Part shown: positions 60,629 through 64,000 of the stretch, piece by piece
How the letters are laid out: each line of letters opens with the position of its first letter
Position numbering within the stretch: the first letter of the stretch is position 1
Source: Candidatus Krumholzibacteriia bacterium
Lineage (GTDB): Bacteria; Krumholzibacteriota; Krumholzibacteriia; JAJRXK01
Assembly (NCBI GenBank): GCA_041484665.1
Contig: JBGPIA010000018.1
Coordinates: 1-64,000 of the forward strand
Reading direction: 5' to 3'
DNA: 64,000 nucleotides
The notes under the pieces: model-generated
The model's database searches: none
Told to the model about the DNA's origin: nothing
The model's input: only the letters and a program-made list of their open reading frames with translations
Position numbers and translations under genes: made by a program

Positions 60629-62519
60629 TGGGCGCTGGGGGTCCTGCTGTACGAGCTGCTGGCGGGGCGGCGTCCGTTCACGCTGGCGGGTCGTTCCCGC
60701 AGCGAGATCGATCGCATCGTCCAGCATGAGGAGGCTGTTCTGCCCAGCGCGGTTGCTTGTACGCCGGAGGTCGCGCGCGTGCTGCGCGGCGACCTCGACC
60801 GTATCGTGCAGAAGGCGCTCCGCAAGGAGCCCGAACGCCGCTACGGCTCGGCGGACGACCTGGCGGAGGACGTCGACCGCTGGTTGGGGGGCCTGCCGGT
60901 GCACGCGACGCCCGACTCATTCCGGTACCGTTTGCACAAGTTCGTGCGCCGTAATCGTGCGGACCTGGCGGTCGCGGCAACTCTGTCGGTGTTGATCGTG
61001 GCATTCGCTGCAACGTCTGCATGGCAGGCGCGCCGCGTCGCGCACGAGCGCGACAACGCAGTGGCTGAGCGCCAGGACGCGGAGGCCGCCATTGCCATGC
61101 TCGTGGACGTGTTCCGTGTCGCCGACCCGCAGACGACCCCCGGTGGCGATACGCTTCGTGTCAAGGATCTGGTGCGGATCGCCGAATCCAGGATCGAGTC
61201 GACGCGCGACCATCCCCGCATCGAGGCCAAGCTCTGGCAGACGATGGCAGCGATCCGCGGTGCGCGCAGCCACTACGACGAGCAGCGCCATGCTCTGGAT
61301 CGTGCGCTCGCCGATGCCGAGCGAGCGGGACTGACCGACGAGCTGCTGAGCCTCTCGCACGAGCGGGGAAGGCTCCTCTTGAGGCTGGACGGGCCACGCG
61401 CGGTGGAGCCGCTGTTCCGCGAATCGCTGGCGCGCCACGAGGCCCGATTTCGACCCAACGTCGCGGACGTTGCCATCGCGTGCCAGGACCTCTCGATCGT
61501 CGTTGAGGACGAGGCAGAACGCGAGCGTCTGCTCGAACGGGCGCTGCAGATTCGCCGCTCTCTAATGGCCGGCGGTGCGGACGCCGACTCGGTGGGATTC
61601 GCAGGGCTGCTCAACGCGCTGGGCTCGTTCCATTGGGCCCGGGGCGAGTGGAGTGCCGCGCAGGCCAACTTTGCAGAGGGCCTGGCAATCCTGGGAAGGC
61701 CGCTTCCGCGGGACCACCCCAACGTCCTCTCCATGCGCTCCAACCTGGCGGTCTCGCTCCAGGTGACGGGAAGATTTGCCGAGGCGGAGCGGATGCACCG
61801 CGCTCTCCTCGAATCGCGCCGGCGCATTCTGGGAGAGGATTCGGAATCGGTCGCGGGAAGCCTGATGAACATCGGCGTGTCCCTCGTGAACGAGGGGCCA
61901 CTCGACGAGGGGGTGGAGTCGCTGCGGAAGTCCTTCGCCCTGGCCCAGAAGATCTATGGTCCCCAGCACACCGAGACGCTGGCGATTGGCCGGGATCTAG
62001 GGCTCGCGCTGGTGCGCTCGGGCCGCGCGCAGGAGGGCCTTGCGCTCCTGGATCGCGCCCGCGACGCTGCGGCGGCAGGAGGGTCCGACCTCCGCGTCCG
62101 TGGCGGACGAGGACGTCAGCCGTGCCGGCGCCGAGCTCGCGATCGGGCGCCACGTGTCCCTCGATTCATTGCGGACGTACGTGGCCCACATCCGCACGCG
62201 GAGTCCCGACAAATCCGCGCAACTCGCGCATGCCCTCTCCGTCCTTTAGGTGGCCGCGCTGGCGTCCCCCCAGGAGGCCCAAGCCGCCGAGGCCGAGGAC
62301 ACCCTCAGCGAGGCCGTCCAACTCCTGCGCAAGTCGGAGACCAACCAGCATCCCAATTCTGCATTCGTCCGCTGCGCGCTGCACGTCGCGCGGGGGGCCG
62401 CGCGACAGCCGATCGATCGCGCGGAGCTGGCGGAAGTGCTGCATGCGTGTGAAGGCTGGGGGCTGGCGGACCCCTCCATCGTACGCCGCGCACGGGAGCT
62501 GCTGACCGCCGCCCGCTGA
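60629..62519 (+). pseudogene. Ser/Thr kinase-TPR protein lacking the kinase N-terminal part; frameshift near 62060 and in-frame TAG at 62247
   Basis: Begins at WALGVLLYELLAGRRPF (subdomain IX); LRGDLD..KAL.KEPERRY; TM segment; TPR repeats. Confidence 0.8.
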
Positions 62520-62597
62520 ATTCCGCCCGCTGAATGTCCGCGGGCCCGGGATGTCCGGTGGCCCGGGATGTCCGCGGGCCCGGGATGTCCGCTGGCG
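62509..62597. repeat. Short tandem repeats
   Basis: CCGCCCGCTGAA twice, then 17-bp ATGTCCG(C/G)(G/T)GGCCCGGG three times plus a partial copy from 62534. Confidence 0.9.
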
Positions 62598-62706
62598 CGC
62601 CTGTTCGTCGCCATTGTCCTGCGGAGCCGAGCCACGACGACGACCTGGAACCGGGCCCGTGGTGTCCACCGGGCTGAGCTTCGCGCCCGCGGGTGGCGCC
62701 CAGCGC

Positions 62707-64000
62707 CTACGGCTTCGGCTCGCGCAGCTGGATCCCCGCGCTCTGCAGCTGGTGCTCGAGCGTGGCGAGCCGGCGGCGCTCGAACTCCCGCCAGCGGGCC
62801 TGCGCGCGGCCGAGCCGTCCCTGCGCGTCGGCCAGCAGGCTGCGCTGCGGCGCGGTGGGCGCGACGTCCGCGCGCTCGAGTTGGGTGGCGAGCGAGGTGA
62901 GATCGCCCGCGATCGTCGCGGGCGTTTCGCCGTTGGGTCCACGCGCAGCGTCGAGGGCGGTGCGGGCGCTCTCGATCGATCGGCGTAGCCCCTTCGCTCG
63001 GGGATCCGCCGTGAGCGCGCTCAGCCGCTCACGGAGCGAGTCCTGGCTCTGCGCGAGCGGAACTGCGCGGGCGAGCGTCTCTCCCAGCTCGGTCTGGAAA
63101 GCGAGCAGGGCGGACAGATCATCCGTGGAAACGGTGGCGCGCGGATCCATCGCTACGTCCAGCGTCCGCGAGACCGTGCGGGATCCAACCGTCAGCCGCA
63201 GCTCGTAGCGGCCCGGCAGCACGAATGCGCCTTGAGGCAGCGTTGGCGTCGGGCGTCCCGGAACGGCGGCGATCGAGTACTCGGACCGCAGCGTCGGCGG
63301 CTCCGGATACCGCAGATCCCATACGAAGCGGTGGTGGCCAGCACCCGCTCGCAGCGACGGTGGATCACCCAGCCACAGGTCGGCGAAGTAGACCTCCGCT
63401 TTGGCCCGCGCGGGCTTCTCGTTGCTGGAGATGCGGCGGACGAGTCTGCCGCCGGAATCGACGATCTCGAGCACGACGGGCGGCGCGGTCTCGGCGCTTG
63501 CCGCCCCCACGGCACCGCCGGCACTCCTGGCTTCTCCGGCGGCGCCAGCCGCTGGCGCGCCGGCGCTGCCGAGCACGTAGTCGATGATCGCTCCCACCGG
63601 CGGATTCTCGCCGCGCGGCTCCTCGGGGGGCAACGGCGTGTCCCGGTTCTGGTTCGGGCGAAGCCTGTACGCGATCGGGGGCGGCACGAGGAGGATTCCG
63701 GCCCCGAGCTCCTCCGCTGCGAAGTGGCGCAAGGGCTCGATGGCATCGAGCACCCAGATCGCTCGTCCCTGCGTTGCCGCGATCAGGTCGCCGTGGTGGA
63801 CCAGCAGGTCATTGATGCCGGTAGTCGGCAGGTTCAACTGCAGGCTCTGCCAGTGGTCGCCATCATCGAAGGAGACGTGAACGCCGCGGCTCGTGCCAGC
63901 GAACAGTAGGCCCGCCCGTTGCGGGTCCTGGCGCACGACGCCGACCCAGCCGCCGCCGGGCAAACCGTGGCCGATCTCGGCCCAGGTCTTCCCGCAGTCG
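62707..64000 (-). CDS. BNR/VPS10-repeat glycosyl-hydrolase-like protein, C-terminal part (5' end outside window)
   Basis: LLFAGTSRGVHVSFDDGDHWQSLQLNLP, DLIAATQGRAIWVLD, GENPP.GAIIDY, HRFVWDLR, PGRY. Confidence 0.85.
   Translation of the reverse strand, partial: DCGKTWAEIGHGLPGGGWVGVVRQDPQRAGLLFAGTSRGVHVSFDDGDHWQSLQLNLPTTGINDLLVHHGDLIAATQGRAIWVLDAIEPLRHFAAEELGAGILLVPPPIAYRLRPNQNRDTPLPPEEPRGENPPVGAIIDYVLGSAGAPAAGAAGEARSAGGAVGAASAETAPPVVLEIVDSGGRLVRRISSNEKPARAKAEVYFADLWLGDPPSLRAGAGHHRFVWDLRYPEPPTLRSEYSIAAVPGRPTPTLPQGAFVLPGRYELRLTVGSRTVSRTLDVAMDPRATVSTDDLSALLAFQTELGETLARAVPLAQSQDSLRERLSALTADPRAKGLRRSIESARTALDAARGPNGETPATIAGDLTSLATQLERADVAPTAPQRSLLADAQGRLGRAQARWREFERRRLATLEHQLQSAGIQLREPKP

Noticed and set aside
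1..64000. CRISPR array, diversity-generating retroelement, retron or prophage
   Set aside because: No spaced repeat array, cas or reverse transcriptase gene, and no phage genes other than the lone sheath.

Overview
High-GC bacterial accessory region with no core operon, tRNA, rRNA or CRISPR array that I can see. Nine genes encode signal-peptide proteins with a C-terminal FlgD-Ig / T9SS-type-A-like sorting domain (PNP...YDxxGRxV...WDGxD...SGxY), and one has a C-terminal STWGxxKxxY tag. That pattern suggests a Candidatus Eisenbacteria / Krumholzibacteriota / Latescibacterota-like host (inference). The most unusual gene (56863-58294) is a stand-alone contractile tail-sheath protein whose N-terminal arm is replaced by a signal peptide and which carries the C-terminal sorting domain, with no other injection-system genes in the window. 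Also present: (i) a sigma-54 module (XylR_N/V4R activator; three promoters each with paired CATCA-N3-TGATG-like boxes spaced exactly 20 bp) next to stress/envelope genes and a C39 peptidase-TPR-barrel fusion with its PA2779-like partner; (ii) GT4/GH130, a diguanylate cyclase, a TonB receptor, an RNB nuclease and a TetR-ABC efflux operon; (iii) an intact IS1380 plus IS91-, IS110-, IS481- and other transposase remnants mixed with many short gene fragments; (iv) a 104-bp element repeated directly behind two stop codons. Family names come from recognising motifs by eye; no database searches were run. Some single-base frameshifts sit in homopolymer runs and may be sequencing errors.
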